Source: Bacteroidia bacterium (GTDB taxonomy: Bacteria; Bacteroidota; Bacteroidia; Bacteroidales; VadinHA17). From it: a stretch of DNA of 23,121 bases. The stretch lies in NCBI GenBank assembly GCA_026391215.1, contig JAPLDX010000020.1:1-23121 (forward strand). The letters are read 5' to 3'. Of the stretch, positions 1-9,332 are shown piece by piece (the first letter of the stretch is position 1; each line of letters starts with the position of its first letter). The translations under genes and the position numbers were made by a program. Below the pieces are notes generated by a model. It was not told where the DNA came from. It ran no database searches and was given only the letters and a program-made list of their open reading frames with translations.

Positions 1-351
1 TCCGGGGCAAGTTATATTGTTACCCAAATGTTTTTTGATAACAGCAAGTTTCTCAGGTTCAGGGATGAATGCAAAAAGATTGGGATTAATGTCCCTGTAA
101 TCGCAGGACTGAAGCCAATCTCAGCTCTTAATGATATAAGGCTTCTTCCTCAGACCTTTCACATTGACGTACCTGGCGACCTTGTTTCAGCAATAAAAAA
201 ATGCACAACGGATAAAGAAGCCCGGGAAGTCGGGATAGAATGGGCGGTAATGCAATCCAGGGAACTTATTAAAGAAGGTGTTCCCGGAATACATTATTAT
301 ACTCTCGGCCGGTCGGATAATGTTGCCAGGATTGTGAAGGCAGCTTTCTGA
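1..351 (+). CDS. metF: Methylenetetrahydrofolate reductase, 3' part (truncated by window edge)
   Basis: Frame is open from base 1 (SGASYIVTQMFFDN...). It has MetF motifs 'ITQMFFD'-like, 'PVIAGLKP' and 'GVPGIHYYTL'. TGA at 349-351. Confidence 0.93.
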   Translation, partial: SGASYIVTQMFFDNSKFLRFRDECKKIGINVPVIAGLKPISALNDIRLLPQTFHIDVPGDLVSAIKKCTTDKEAREVGIEWAVMQSRELIKEGVPGIHYYTLGRSDNVARIVKAAF

Positions 352-493
352 CCCGCGGCCAGCTAAAGCTGGTCCGCCCACTAAAGGGTGCTTGAATCCA
401 AATCTAAATTATAGTTTGGAATGGGTTTTAGCCCCCCTGCCTACCGTCAGGCAGGCCTTCAGGGGGGTGCCCCGCTTCGGCGGGGCGGGGGGT
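351..493. repeat. REP/REPIN-like composite inverted hairpin element filling the convergent metF/metK gap; may also act as a terminator
   Basis: Hairpins: CCAGC-TAAA-GCTGG (359-372), TCCAAA...TTTGGA (397-420), CCTGCCT-ACCGTC-AGGCAGG (436-455), GCCCCGC-TTCG-GCGGGGC (469-486). The left and right halves mirror each other in architecture, and the region is much more GC-rich than its flanks. Confidence 0.75.
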
Positions 494-494
494 G

Positions 495-1838
495 CTAGAT
501 ATTAAATGCCTTCTTGATTTTATCTACGTAATCCAGCTTTTCCCAGGTGAAGAATTCAACTTTTTTCTGCCAGACTTTTTTCCCGTTGCCTTTAACTGCT
601 TTTGGCTTACTGCCAGGAACCTCATAATAGACATCAACATTTTTTGTGAAAGGATCCCGGCCGAAATGTCCGTATGATGCTGTTGGTGAAAATACAGGAT
701 TTTTCAATCCCAGCCTTTTAATGATGGCATAGGGACGCATATCAAAAATCTTGCTGATCTTCAGAGCTATTTCCCCATCATGCAGTACCTTGCCTTTTTC
801 ATTTTTTACATGCGCGGTGCCGAAGGTATTTACATATAAACCAACAGGTTGTGCAACGCCGATAGCATAAGCCACCTGGATCAGTGCCTTGTCGCATACG
901 CCTGCAGCAACCAGATTCTTGGCTATATGGCGTACTGCATAGGCAGCGGACCTGTCAACTTTTGATGAATCTTTCCCTGAGAAGGCGCCTCCTCCATGAG
1001 CTCCGTGACCTCCATAGGTATCTATAATGATCTTTCGGCCGGTAAGTCCAGTATCTCCGTGCGGGCCGCCGATAACAAATTTACCTGTCGGATTGACCAG
1101 AAGTTTCATATCTGATTTAAACAGTTTCTGTATCCGCAGAGGGAGTGATTTCTTTACCCTGGGAATAAGAATTGCTTCCAGGTCCTGTTTGATTTTACTC
1201 TGCATTGCTTTCTCAGCACTTTTCTCAGCAGCATTAGACTTGTTTTTTGGAAGAACAAATTCATCATGCTGAGTGCTTACAACAATAGTATCAATCCTTA
1301 GTGGCTTGTTGTTATCGTCATATTCTATGGTAACCTGCGATTTGGAATCCGGTCTGAGGTATTTCATCTGTTTCCCTTCACGCCTGATTGCTGCAAGCTC
1401 CTGTAAAAGAATTTGGGCAAGTTCAATGCTTAGCGGCATATAATTATCCATCTCCCGGCAGGCATAGCCAAACATCATTCCCTGGTCACCAGCTCCCTGC
1501 TCTTCGGGTTTTTCACGCATGACACCCTGACGGATATCCGCTGATTGTTCATGAATTGTAGATATCACACCGCATGAGTCGCAATCAAAACGGTATTCCG
1601 CTTGTGTATAACCGATGTTGCGGATCACCCTGCGGGCTGTTTCCTGAACATCAACCCATCCTGATGTCAGAACTTCACCTCCACAGACAACCAGGCCGGT
1701 TGTAACAAAAGTTTCGCATGCCACCTTTGAGTCCGGATCCCATTTAAGGAATTCATCAAGCAGTGCATCGGAAATCTGATCGGCTACCTTGTCAGGGTGA
1801 CCCTCTGAAACTGATTCTGAAGTAAAAAAATATCCCAT
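495..1838 (-). CDS. metK: S-adenosylmethionine synthetase (methionine adenosyltransferase)
   Basis: Motifs [49 protein letters not shown] and YGHFGR. Confidence 0.98.
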   Translation of the reverse strand: MGYFFTSESVSEGHPDKVADQISDALLDEFLKWDPDSKVACETFVTTGLVVCGGEVLTSGWVDVQETARRVIRNIGYTQAEYRFDCDSCGVISTIHEQSADIRQGVMREKPEEQGAGDQGMMFGYACREMDNYMPLSIELAQILLQELAAIRREGKQMKYLRPDSKSQVTIEYDDNNKPLRIDTIVVSTQHDEFVLPKNKSNAAEKSAEKAMQSKIKQDLEAILIPRVKKSLPLRIQKLFKSDMKLLVNPTGKFVIGGPHGDTGLTGRKIIIDTYGGHGAHGGGAFSGKDSSKVDRSAAYAVRHIAKNLVAAGVCDKALIQVAYAIGVAQPVGLYVNTFGTAHVKNEKGKVLHDGEIALKISKIFDMRPYAIIKRLGLKNPVFSPTASYGHFGRDPFTKNVDVYYEVPGSKPKAVKGNGKKVWQKKVEFFTWEKLDYVDKIKKAFNI

Positions 1839-1901
1839 TGTGTTATTTTTAGTTATTGTTTAACAACAGATGGGAAGAATGGTTGATTGAAATAAGGATT
1901 T

Positions 1902-1958
1902 TTCAGCATTTTAGCATTTTTTTCCTGTGGTTGCAATCAGAGCAAATCTTTCCACCAG
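1902..1958 (-). ncRNA. SAM-II class riboswitch aptamer (SAM-II / SAM-II long-loop type) in the metK leader
   Basis: Minus strand reads CUGGUGG-AAA-GAUUUG-CUCUG-AUUGC-AA-CCAC-AGG-A7-U-GCUAAAA. It shows a P1 helix (GUGG/CCAC) and the conserved SAM-II segments GAUUU, UUGC and GCUAAA, directly upstream of metK. Confidence 0.8.
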
Positions 1959-2004
1959 ATAATTAAGGCACAAAGCAAATAAAAATTTCCGTAAAATAAA
2001 AATA

Positions 2005-2919
2005 TTATCCGGCAGTAAGGTGCCGGAATACCTCTTCCAGGTTACTTTCCTCCTTCTGAAGTGAAAGAACCGTCAGATCATTGTTCACAGCGAATGCAAA
2101 CAGGGCCGGCCTTATGTCCTCTTCTCCTTCAGACTCAATAAGCCACTTTCTCTGTTCTATCTGCCGGACTTTGACAACATTCTTTAGATCTTTTAAAGCC
2201 TGTTCATCAGTTTCCCTGTCAAATTCGACATGGATTATCTGTCGCTGGTGCTTTATAATTGAATGGATATCGCTTTTTTTCTCATCTATAACAATAGTGC
2301 CCTTGTCAATAATAATGACCCTGTCACAAATTGCCTCAACCTCCTGCATGATATGTGTTGATAGCAGGATGGTCTTTTCCCTGCCGGCATCCTTTATGAG
2401 GTTCCTGATCTCAATTATCTGGTTGGGGTCAAGGCCGCTTGTTGCCTCGTCAAGTATCAGAACACAGGGATTATGTATCAGAGCCTGGGCCAGACCTACT
2501 CTTTGCCTGTAGCCTTTTGAAAGGGATCCAATCTTCTTTTTCTGCTCGGGAGCAAGGCCGGTAATTTCTATGATATTATCGATTTGTTTCTTCACTGAAC
2601 TGCCGGTTTTATACAATGAGGCCACAAATCCAAGGTATTCCCTTACATACATTTCAGGATATAATGGATTGTTTTCAGGAAGATAGCCGATATTTCTTTT
2701 AATTTCAGGATTATCTTCAGAGGACTTTATTCCGTTAACGAATACGGAACCTGATGTTGCAGGAATGAACCCCGTAATGATCCTCATCATTGTTGATTTC
2801 CCTGCTCCGTTGGGACCAAGGAAGGCAACAATCTCTCCTGTTTTTACTTCAAAGGATACATTATTGAGAGCTTTCTGCTCTCCATAGAGTTTTGTAACTT
2901 CCTGAACTACAATGGACAT
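2005..2919 (-). CDS. gldA: ABC transporter ATP-binding protein, GldA-like (ABC-2 type)
   Basis: Walker A GPNGAGKST, signature LSKGYRQR, Walker B/D-loop LILDEATSGLDPNQ, H-loop STH. Start reassigned to the ATG at 2919 (MSIVVQEVTK), immediately after the USP stop. The ABC ATPase call is firm; the gldA orthology is less so. Confidence 0.75.
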   Translation of the reverse strand: MSIVVQEVTKLYGEQKALNNVSFEVKTGEIVAFLGPNGAGKSTMMRIITGFIPATSGSVFVNGIKSSEDNPEIKRNIGYLPENNPLYPEMYVREYLGFVASLYKTGSSVKKQIDNIIEITGLAPEQKKKIGSLSKGYRQRVGLAQALIHNPCVLILDEATSGLDPNQIIEIRNLIKDAGREKTILLSTHIMQEVEAICDRVIIIDKGTIVIDEKKSDIHSIIKHQRQIIHVEFDRETDEQALKDLKNVVKVRQIEQRKWLIESEGEEDIRPALFAFAVNNDLTVLSLQKEESNLEEVFRHLTAG

Positions 2920-2921
2920 AT

Positions 2922-3773
2922 TTATGCTCCCCAGCCTCCCATAAACTGGGATGTGTTCGCAAATGAGGCTTTTGGATTTACACAACAAACAGGTATTTTG
3001 GAGCTGTTAGCAATAATATACTGCTCTGAAGCTCCTACCATATAATCAGCAAATGTAATGTTCTTGGTGGTCACAATAAGGATCAGGTCCGCATTTATCC
3101 TCTGGGCAAAATCAAGTGTCTGCTGAGGGAAATTGCCTTTGGGAATCTCATGGATCTCATATTCTATATTATTCTGAATGAGATATCTGATGGCAAAATT
3201 TAGGTTGACCTTAGTTTTCTTTAGAATACTTGGATCGGTGGAAGTGGTGACAATAATATGAATTTTTGACTCAAAGAACTTACCCATATAAATTGCCATC
3301 TTGGTTTTCTCCTTGTTCTCTTTTTTGAAATCAACAGGGAAAACAATATTATGATATCTCTCCTGGGCCAGAGGCGGATCCTGAACTACGATAAACGGTA
3401 CTTTCGATTTCACGATAACCTTCAAAGCCCAGCTGCCGGTAAGCTTCTGCATGCCTTTCATTCCGTGGGTACCCATTACCACCAGGCTGGCATCCTTTTC
3501 ATTCACAAAATCAGCGATTGCACTGAAAATGCTTCCTTTGGAAATTTCAGCACCGATCGGCATATTGTATTTCTTGCTGCTTTCTTCAGCAACGTGAGCC
3601 AGGAGCACTTTCTTTTCACCTTCTTCATTAGGCTTAATGCCTTTATCAACAATATGAAGAAGACATACTTCATTTCTTACCATGCGGCTTATCTTAGCAG
3701 CATGAGCAAGGGCATTTTCTGCAACAGGAGTAAAATCCCATGGTACAACTATTATTTTCTGGTTCTCTTCCAT
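2922..3773 (-). CDS. Universal stress protein (tandem USP domains)
   Basis: IIVVPWDFT, LLHIV and LVVMGTHG motifs, plus a second domain starting NIVFPVDF...ADLILI. Start taken at MEENQK (3773), downstream of a -7 motif. Confidence 0.9.
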   Translation of the reverse strand: MEENQKIIVVPWDFTPVAENALAHAAKISRMVRNEVCLLHIVDKGIKPNEEGEKKVLLAHVAEESSKKYNMPIGAEISKGSIFSAIADFVNEKDASLVVMGTHGMKGMQKLTGSWALKVIVKSKVPFIVVQDPPLAQERYHNIVFPVDFKKENKEKTKMAIYMGKFFESKIHIIVTTSTDPSILKKTKVNLNFAIRYLIQNNIEYEIHEIPKGNFPQQTLDFAQRINADLILIVTTKNITFADYMVGASEQYIIANSSKIPVCCVNPKASFANTSQFMGGWGA

Positions 3774-3799
3774 GATCGATTGAATTTTCAAATTATACC

Positions 3800-3807
3800 C
3801 AAAGTTA
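3800..3807 (-). promoter_or_regulatory. Bacteroidota sigma70-type -7 element for usp-gldA
   Basis: TAACTTTG on the minus strand matches TAnnTTTG and lies about 27 nt upstream of the USP ATG. Confidence 0.6.
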
Positions 3808-3913
3808 TTCAGATTTTACCATTTTTCAAACCATTTGGCAAAGTCAGGTATTCTTTTAGTGCATTCCTGATGCATTACATAACTTAAATGGAGGTTAGCG
3901 ACTAACAATTTAT

Positions 3914-3921
3914 TATTTTTG
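3914..3921 (+). promoter_or_regulatory. Bacteroidota -7 element for asnS-rpoN
   Basis: TATTTTTG matches TAnnTTTG and lies 22 nt before the asnS ATG. Confidence 0.55.
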
Positions 3922-3943
3922 GGTGGTCATATTTTTAAAAATA

Positions 3944-5332
3944 ATGAAACAAACAAAGATCAGAACTCTATTATCCTCCCACAATACAGGGGAAAATGTG
4001 CTGGTGAAAGGGTGGGTGAGAACAAAACGCGGAAATAAGAACATTGCCTTTATTGCTCTTAATGACGGATCGACCATCAAGAATATACAGGTAGTCGCCG
4101 ATGTATCGGTGTTCGGTGAAAACCTACTTAAAGAAATCACTACGGGCACCTGCCTTGCTGTTACCGGCAAGCTTGTTGAATCACAGGGACAGGGACAGAA
4201 TGTGGAAATCGCTGCAACATCAATTGATATCTACGGGAAATGTGATGCGGAAACGTATCCGCTTCAGAAAAAAGGACATTCAATGGAGTTCCTCAGGGAG
4301 ATAGCCCATTTACGTCCCCGGACAAATACATTTGGTGCTGTTCTCAGGATAAGGCATGCAATTGCATTTGCTATCCATAAATATTTCAATGACAAGGGAT
4401 TTTTTTACCTTCATACTCCAATTATCACAGGAAGTGATGCAGAAGGTGCAGGAGAAATGTTCCATGTTACGACCCTGGATATGGGGAATGTTCCGCGCAC
4501 TGAAACCGGAGCAGTTGATTTCAGCATTGATTTCTTCGGAAAGCCGACAAACCTGACTGTTTCAGGCCAGCTTGAGGGTGAGCTGGGAGCTCTGGCTCTC
4601 GGTGAAATTTATACATTCGGCCCTACTTTCAGGGCTGAGAATTCAAATACGCCCCGCCATCTTGCTGAATTCTGGATGATTGAACCGGAGATGGCTTTCT
4701 ATGAACTTAATGATAATATGGATCTGGCCGAGGATTTTGTGAAATATCTTATCAGGTATGCGCTGGACAATTGCCATGATGACCTTGAATTCCTTAACAA
4801 TATGATCGATAAGGGATTGCTTGACAGGTTAAGGTTTGTTACAGAAAATGAGTTTGTGAGGATGACATATACCGATGCTGTGAAGATACTTGTTGATTCA
4901 GCTGAAAAATGGGAATACCCTGTTGGCTGGGGAAAAGATCTTCAGGCAGAGCATGAAAGATATCTTGTTGAGAAACATTTTAAACGCCCTTTGATACTTA
5001 CTGACTACCCGAAGGAAATCAAGGCATTCTACATGAAAATGAATGATGATGGAAAAACTGTCAGGGCAATGGATGTTCTTTTCCCGGGAATAGGAGAAAT
5101 TATCGGAGGATCACAGCGTGAGGAAAATTACGACAAGTTGCTACAACGAATAAGGGAAATGAATCTTCCGGAAAGGATTTACTGGTGGTACCTGGAAACC
5201 AGAAAATTCGGGACCGCACCCCACAGTGGTTTCGGACTGGGATTTGAGAGGATGATCCAGTTCGTCACCGGGATGTCAAACATCCGCGATGTTATACCTT
5301 TCCCCAGGACACCAAAGAACGCAGAATTTTAG
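3944..5332 (+). CDS. asnS: Asparagine--tRNA ligase
   Basis: N-terminal OB fold (VKGWVRTKR), LTVSGQL, motif 2 [24 protein letters not shown], motif 3 GFGLGFER. Start at ATG 3944 (MKQTKI). Confidence 0.97.
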   Translation: MKQTKIRTLLSSHNTGENVLVKGWVRTKRGNKNIAFIALNDGSTIKNIQVVADVSVFGENLLKEITTGTCLAVTGKLVESQGQGQNVEIAATSIDIYGKCDAETYPLQKKGHSMEFLREIAHLRPRTNTFGAVLRIRHAIAFAIHKYFNDKGFFYLHTPIITGSDAEGAGEMFHVTTLDMGNVPRTETGAVDFSIDFFGKPTNLTVSGQLEGELGALALGEIYTFGPTFRAENSNTPRHLAEFWMIEPEMAFYELNDNMDLAEDFVKYLIRYALDNCHDDLEFLNNMIDKGLLDRLRFVTENEFVRMTYTDAVKILVDSAEKWEYPVGWGKDLQAEHERYLVEKHFKRPLILTDYPKEIKAFYMKMNDDGKTVRAMDVLFPGIGEIIGGSQREENYDKLLQRIREMNLPERIYWWYLETRKFGTAPHSGFGLGFERMIQFVTGMSNIRDVIPFPRTPKNAEF

Positions 5333-5337
5333 GAAGG

Positions 5338-6795
5338 ATGTTAAATCAGAGGTTACAGCAGAAGTTGCTTCAGAAGCTTTCGCCGCAGCAGATCCAGATG
5401 ATCAAGCTGCTGGAGGTACCTACTCTGCAGATAGAACAAAGGATAAAAAAGGAACTCGAAGAGAATCCTGCCCTTGAGGAAGGAACTGAGGATGAAGAAG
5501 CATCTCCCGAAGAAACTGATGATGATCTTTATGAAGAGGACGACAAGGATCAGGATGAATTCACTCTGGATGATTATATGGAGGATGATGAGATCCCCGA
5601 TTATAAACTTCAGGCAAACAACTACAGCAAAGATGATGATAAGAAGTCCGAGATACCTTTTTCGGCCGGCTCATCATTCCATGAACACCTTGAAGCACAG
5701 CTTGGACTGAGGGAACTGACGGACAAGCAAAAGATTCTCAGTGAGTATATAATCGGTAACATTGACGAGGATGGCTATCTCAGAAGAGAACCGACAAATA
5801 TTGTCGACGATATGGCATTCCTGCAAAACGTACAAACTACCGAACATGAACTTGAGGAGGTTCTTAAAATAGTGCAGGATCTAGAGCCTGCAGGTGTAGG
5901 CGCAAGAACACTCAGGGAATGCCTTATGCTTCAGCTTGAAAGGAAAGATTTGTCCGATCCGGTATTAAAGTTAGTTTATTTAATTATAGATCAGCACTTT
6001 GAAGAATTTTCCAAAAGACACTATGATAAAATCATAACAAGACTTGGCATAAGCGAGGATGACCTGAAATCAGCGATCGAAGAGGTTCTTAGACTGAATC
6101 CCAAGCCGGGAGGCCTTTTCAGTGATCCATTTACAAAAACTGCACAGCCAATAATCCCTGACTTCATCCTTGAACATTCCGAAGATGGCTTTGACCTTCA
6201 CCTTAACTCCCGTAATCTGCCGGAGCTCAGGCTCAGCACTGCATACAGCGAAATGCTGCAGGAATATACCAGGGATAAAGCAAACAAAAAGGAGATGAAG
6301 GAAGCAATCCTGTTTGTGAAACAGAAAATCGACTCTGCAAAATGGTTCATTGATGCCATAAAGCAAAGACAGAATACACTTCTTCTTACTATGAATGCCA
6401 TCCTGGAATATCAGCAGGAATATTTCATTGATGGCGATGAGACAAAGCTGAAACCCATGATCCTTAAAGATGTTGCCGAGATGACAGGTCTTGATATTTC
6501 AACAGTTTCAAGAGTCGCTAACAGCAAATACATACAGACCCATTTCGGGATCTATCCTTTGAAATTCTTCTTCTCGGAAGGGTTACAGACCGACAGCGGA
6601 GAAGAAGTTTCAACACGGGAAATAAAAAGGATCCTTCAGGATTGCATTAATAATGAACAGAAACGGCGCCCGCTTACTGATGAAAGGCTGACCGAAATCC
6701 TACAGGAGAAAGGATACCAGATAGCACGCAGGACAGTTGCCAAATACCGGGAGCAGCTTAATATCCCGGTAGCCAGATTACGAAAGGAGATCTGA
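5338..6795 (+). CDS. rpoN: RNA polymerase sigma-54 factor
   Basis: Q/L-rich region I (QKLSPQQIQMIKLL), acidic region II, HTH 'DISTVSRV', RpoN box ARRTVAKYRE. Confidence 0.98.
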   Translation: MLNQRLQQKLLQKLSPQQIQMIKLLEVPTLQIEQRIKKELEENPALEEGTEDEEASPEETDDDLYEEDDKDQDEFTLDDYMEDDEIPDYKLQANNYSKDDDKKSEIPFSAGSSFHEHLEAQLGLRELTDKQKILSEYIIGNIDEDGYLRREPTNIVDDMAFLQNVQTTEHELEEVLKIVQDLEPAGVGARTLRECLMLQLERKDLSDPVLKLVYLIIDQHFEEFSKRHYDKIITRLGISEDDLKSAIEEVLRLNPKPGGLFSDPFTKTAQPIIPDFILEHSEDGFDLHLNSRNLPELRLSTAYSEMLQEYTRDKANKKEMKEAILFVKQKIDSAKWFIDAIKQRQNTLLLTMNAILEYQQEYFIDGDETKLKPMILKDVAEMTGLDISTVSRVANSKYIQTHFGIYPLKFFFSEGLQTDSGEEVSTREIKRILQDCINNEQKRRPLTDERLTEILQEKGYQIARRTVAKYREQLNIPVARLRKEI

Positions 6796-6797
6796 AG

Positions 6798-7427
6798 ATG
6801 CCCGGAAAGACAATGCATGCCGGTAATGCACTGGCAAAAACAATTTCAACAGTTTTTCATCCTTTACTAATACCGCTCTACGGCCTTTTAATAGTATTCT
6901 CTGCCCCTACGCTTATTGGTTATCTCCCTTATGCCGTCAAAAAAATATTGTTTATGATAATACTGATCAATAATGTATTATTACCATTCTCCTTCATCCC
7001 CTACTTTAAATTCAGAAATTTAATATCCACATGGACCATTGATAACAGGCGAGAAAGAATCATACCGCTTATAACCACTTCATTCTTTTATTCCGTCACA
7101 GTTTTTATCACATTCCGCTACAATATTCCTGCCTTTATAAAATCTTATATCCTTGCTGTCGCATTCCTGGCAATTGCACTTACCATAATTAACTTCTGGT
7201 GGAAAATTTCTATCCATGCTGCAGGATCAGGAGCTTTGATAGCTCTTGTGGTTATCCTTTCAGTAAAAATGCAGGCTCCCCTTCCCTGGTTCCTGGCAGC
7301 AGTAATCCTTTCAGCAGGACTTGTTATGACAGCAAGATTATGGCTTAATACACACAATCCAAAGGAAATATGGGCTGGCTTTTTTCTTGGATTTATCTGT
7401 TCAGGCCTATTCCTGTTCCTTTACTAA
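6798..7427 (+). CDS. Conserved integral membrane protein (PAP2-superfamily-like C-terminus)
   Basis: About 7 hydrophobic segments. WKISIH and ARLWLNTHNPKEIWAG resemble PAP2-like motifs. The start could instead be ATG 6813. Confidence 0.7.
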   Translation: MPGKTMHAGNALAKTISTVFHPLLIPLYGLLIVFSAPTLIGYLPYAVKKILFMIILINNVLLPFSFIPYFKFRNLISTWTIDNRRERIIPLITTSFFYSVTVFITFRYNIPAFIKSYILAVAFLAIALTIINFWWKISIHAAGSGALIALVVILSVKMQAPLPWFLAAVILSAGLVMTARLWLNTHNPKEIWAGFFLGFICSGLFLFLY

Positions 7428-8510
7428 CAGCTCTTTAAGCGCTCTTTCGAGCAGTATTTTGCTTTGGAGGTTTAATTCATCCGGCCATAGCGGCTTCATG
7501 GAAGCCAGATCTGTTTCTTCTGTTAATTTATTCTGTGATATGGTTGTAAACCAGCCCTTTTCTGAAAGGCTGCGGGCAAGATATTCCTGCTCTGTCTGGC
7601 CTGGTGTCGGTATCAGCCGGGCGCTGCATCCAAGACTTATAAGTTCCATTATTATCGTGTATCCCGATCTGGTAACAATGGTTTCGCTGGTAATGATCAC
7701 TTCTTTCATTGCTGGGGAATGAAGGTGATCATACCATATTATATTACCGGTTCTGGACATGTCGTCTTTACCGGCAGGCATGCCGCCAAGAAAAACTGTG
7801 ACAGTTTTCTTATCCTTCAGAATGTTGGTCAGCTTTTGTTTAAGTATCCCCTTCTGTGGTTCTGGCCCTGATAAGATAACGGTATTATGAGCGACATTCA
7901 CGGGATTATCTGACGCTGTTGTATCAATTCCTGAAAACCTTGATAAAAGTCCGATATATCTGACATTCCCCGGAAGCCTTATGCCGTGCGACAATCTTCC
8001 CGAAACATTTACTTCACCCGGCAGATCGGGAATAAAACAAAAAGTATATCTTTTTATTACAGCCCTGTGAAGAAGAATGCCAATGAATTCAAGAAAGGAG
8101 AATGCCCCGGGAAAAGGTATTAGCGGCATATGGGTTATATAAACCGAGGTGATCTTTCTGTTCCACAGACCGAATCGGTTATCACTTATCACCATATCAA
8201 TATCATGCTTCCCGATTAATTTTTTCAGTTGTCTGTGTTCGCGGAAAATATGGTACAGAAGAACCGGGACGCTGAACAGGAGCTTCAGATACTGGGGCAG
8301 AAACCGTGAATAGCCAGGTTTGTAGCCAGGGAAATTAATGTATGCAAGCCCTGGCAGTTCTTTCCGGAAGAATGAAAGGTGTTCTTCACCGGCTCCGATA
8401 ATGATGTTATTCCCCGTCTCCATTAGCTTTGCTGCCAGGGGGATCATCCGGCCGGCATGCCCCAGTCCCCATTCAAGAGGACAGATCAGTATATTGCGGA
8501 TTTGTTTCAA
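7407..8510 (-). CDS. GT-B glycosyltransferase (MurG/GT28-like)
   Basis: N-terminal WGLGHAGR, ISDNRFG, and C-terminal RSGYTIIMEL...IPTPGQTEQEY. Confidence 0.85.
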   Translation of the reverse strand: MKQIRNILICPLEWGLGHAGRMIPLAAKLMETGNNIIIGAGEEHLSFFRKELPGLAYINFPGYKPGYSRFLPQYLKLLFSVPVLLYHIFREHRQLKKLIGKHDIDMVISDNRFGLWNRKITSVYITHMPLIPFPGAFSFLEFIGILLHRAVIKRYTFCFIPDLPGEVNVSGRLSHGIRLPGNVRYIGLLSRFSGIDTTASDNPVNVAHNTVILSGPEPQKGILKQKLTNILKDKKTVTVFLGGMPAGKDDMSRTGNIIWYDHLHSPAMKEVIITSETIVTRSGYTIIMELISLGCSARLIPTPGQTEQEYLARSLSEKGWFTTISQNKLTEETDLASMKPLWPDELNLQSKILLERALKELLVKEQE

Positions 8511-8512
8511 TA

Positions 8513-9295
8513 TCAGCCTGAAACCTGTGTTTTAATGCCAAGGTCATTAACAAGGGATGCGATCTGCTTAAGCTCTGCAAGAGGAATCTTTGACAGCTGC
8601 CCTCCCTCAGGAGTATCCCTCGATATTGTGTAAATCATCACTTCCGAAGGTCTGATCATTTCTACTGCCTTAAGCCATGCGGTAATCTCTTTTTTTGTCG
8701 TATTGTCAATTGTCTTGCCCTTGAATGTCCCCCGGAGAAAAAGTGTCTGCACTATCAGCTGTCCTTTAAATTCCTTCAGATCCCTGATAAGCTCGTTGAC
8801 CTTTATATTTACTCCTGGCTGATTATGTATTTTTATTGTAAGGTCGAAAGCTGAATCCAGCTTCAGGATATTCTGATCTACTTTCAATAGAGCCTTTTTT
8901 ATATGCGGCTTTGAAATTGCTGTTGAGTTTGACAGTACAGCAATTCTTGCTTCAGGGAAGTACTTGTTTCTCAGCTTTATACTATCGTCAATTATCCCGG
9001 GGAAATCGGGATGAAGTGTCGGTTCTCCGTTGCCCGCATAAGTGATCACATCTGGTTCTTCCTGTTTTTCCTTCATCGTGGACAGCTTCTTTTCAAGAGC
9101 TTCGTATACTTCTTTCCTTGAAGGAATATCCTGGCCGGAAGGATCCGAATTATGCGTCCAGCCGCATTCGCAGTAAATGCAATTAAAATTACAGATCTTC
9201 CTGTTTGCGGGAAGAAGGTTGATCCCAAGCGAAACCCCCAGCCTTCTGCTCTTAACCGGACCGAATATTATTTTATCAAAAAGAAAAGTAGCCAT
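8513..9295 (-). CDS. Radical SAM protein
   Basis: CxxxCxxC (CNFNCIYC), GPVKSRRLGVSLGINL and GNGEPTLHP motifs. Confidence 0.92.
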   Translation of the reverse strand: MATFLFDKIIFGPVKSRRLGVSLGINLLPANRKICNFNCIYCECGWTHNSDPSGQDIPSRKEVYEALEKKLSTMKEKQEEPDVITYAGNGEPTLHPDFPGIIDDSIKLRNKYFPEARIAVLSNSTAISKPHIKKALLKVDQNILKLDSAFDLTIKIHNQPGVNIKVNELIRDLKEFKGQLIVQTLFLRGTFKGKTIDNTTKKEITAWLKAVEMIRPSEVMIYTISRDTPEGGQLSKIPLAELKQIASLVNDLGIKTQVSG

Positions 9296-9299
9296 TCCT

Positions 9300-9332
9300 T
9301 AAAATATGCTGTCTCAAAATTAGCATATTTTA
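9300..9332. promoter_or_regulatory. 11-bp inverted repeat enclosing a minus-strand -7 element upstream of the radical SAM gene
   Basis: TAAAATATGCT (9300-9310) / AGCATATTTTA (9322-9332). TAATTTTG lies on the minus strand at 9315-9322. Confidence 0.45.

Noticed and set aside
2005-2919. Orphan ABC ATPase without a permease gene as a novelty
   Set aside because: gldA is known to be unlinked from gldF/gldG in Bacteroidota, so this arrangement is ordinary.
2920-2988. N-terminal extension of the ABC ATPase overlapping the USP gene
   Set aside because: ATG 2919 follows the USP stop directly and gives a typical ABC ATPase N-terminus.
3835-3852. TTGGCA as a second sigma54 promoter upstream of asnS-rpoN
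   Set aside because: There is no TTG(C/A) -12 element at the required spacing.
3351-3887. 178-aa plus-strand ORF and the other short ORFs antisense to or nested in the called genes
   Set aside because: They are shadow frames of well-supported genes and have no recognisable motifs.
3894-3906. Palindrome GTTAG-CGA-CTAAC upstream of the asnS promoter
   Set aside because: The arms are only 5 bp, which is expected by chance, and there is no second copy in the window.
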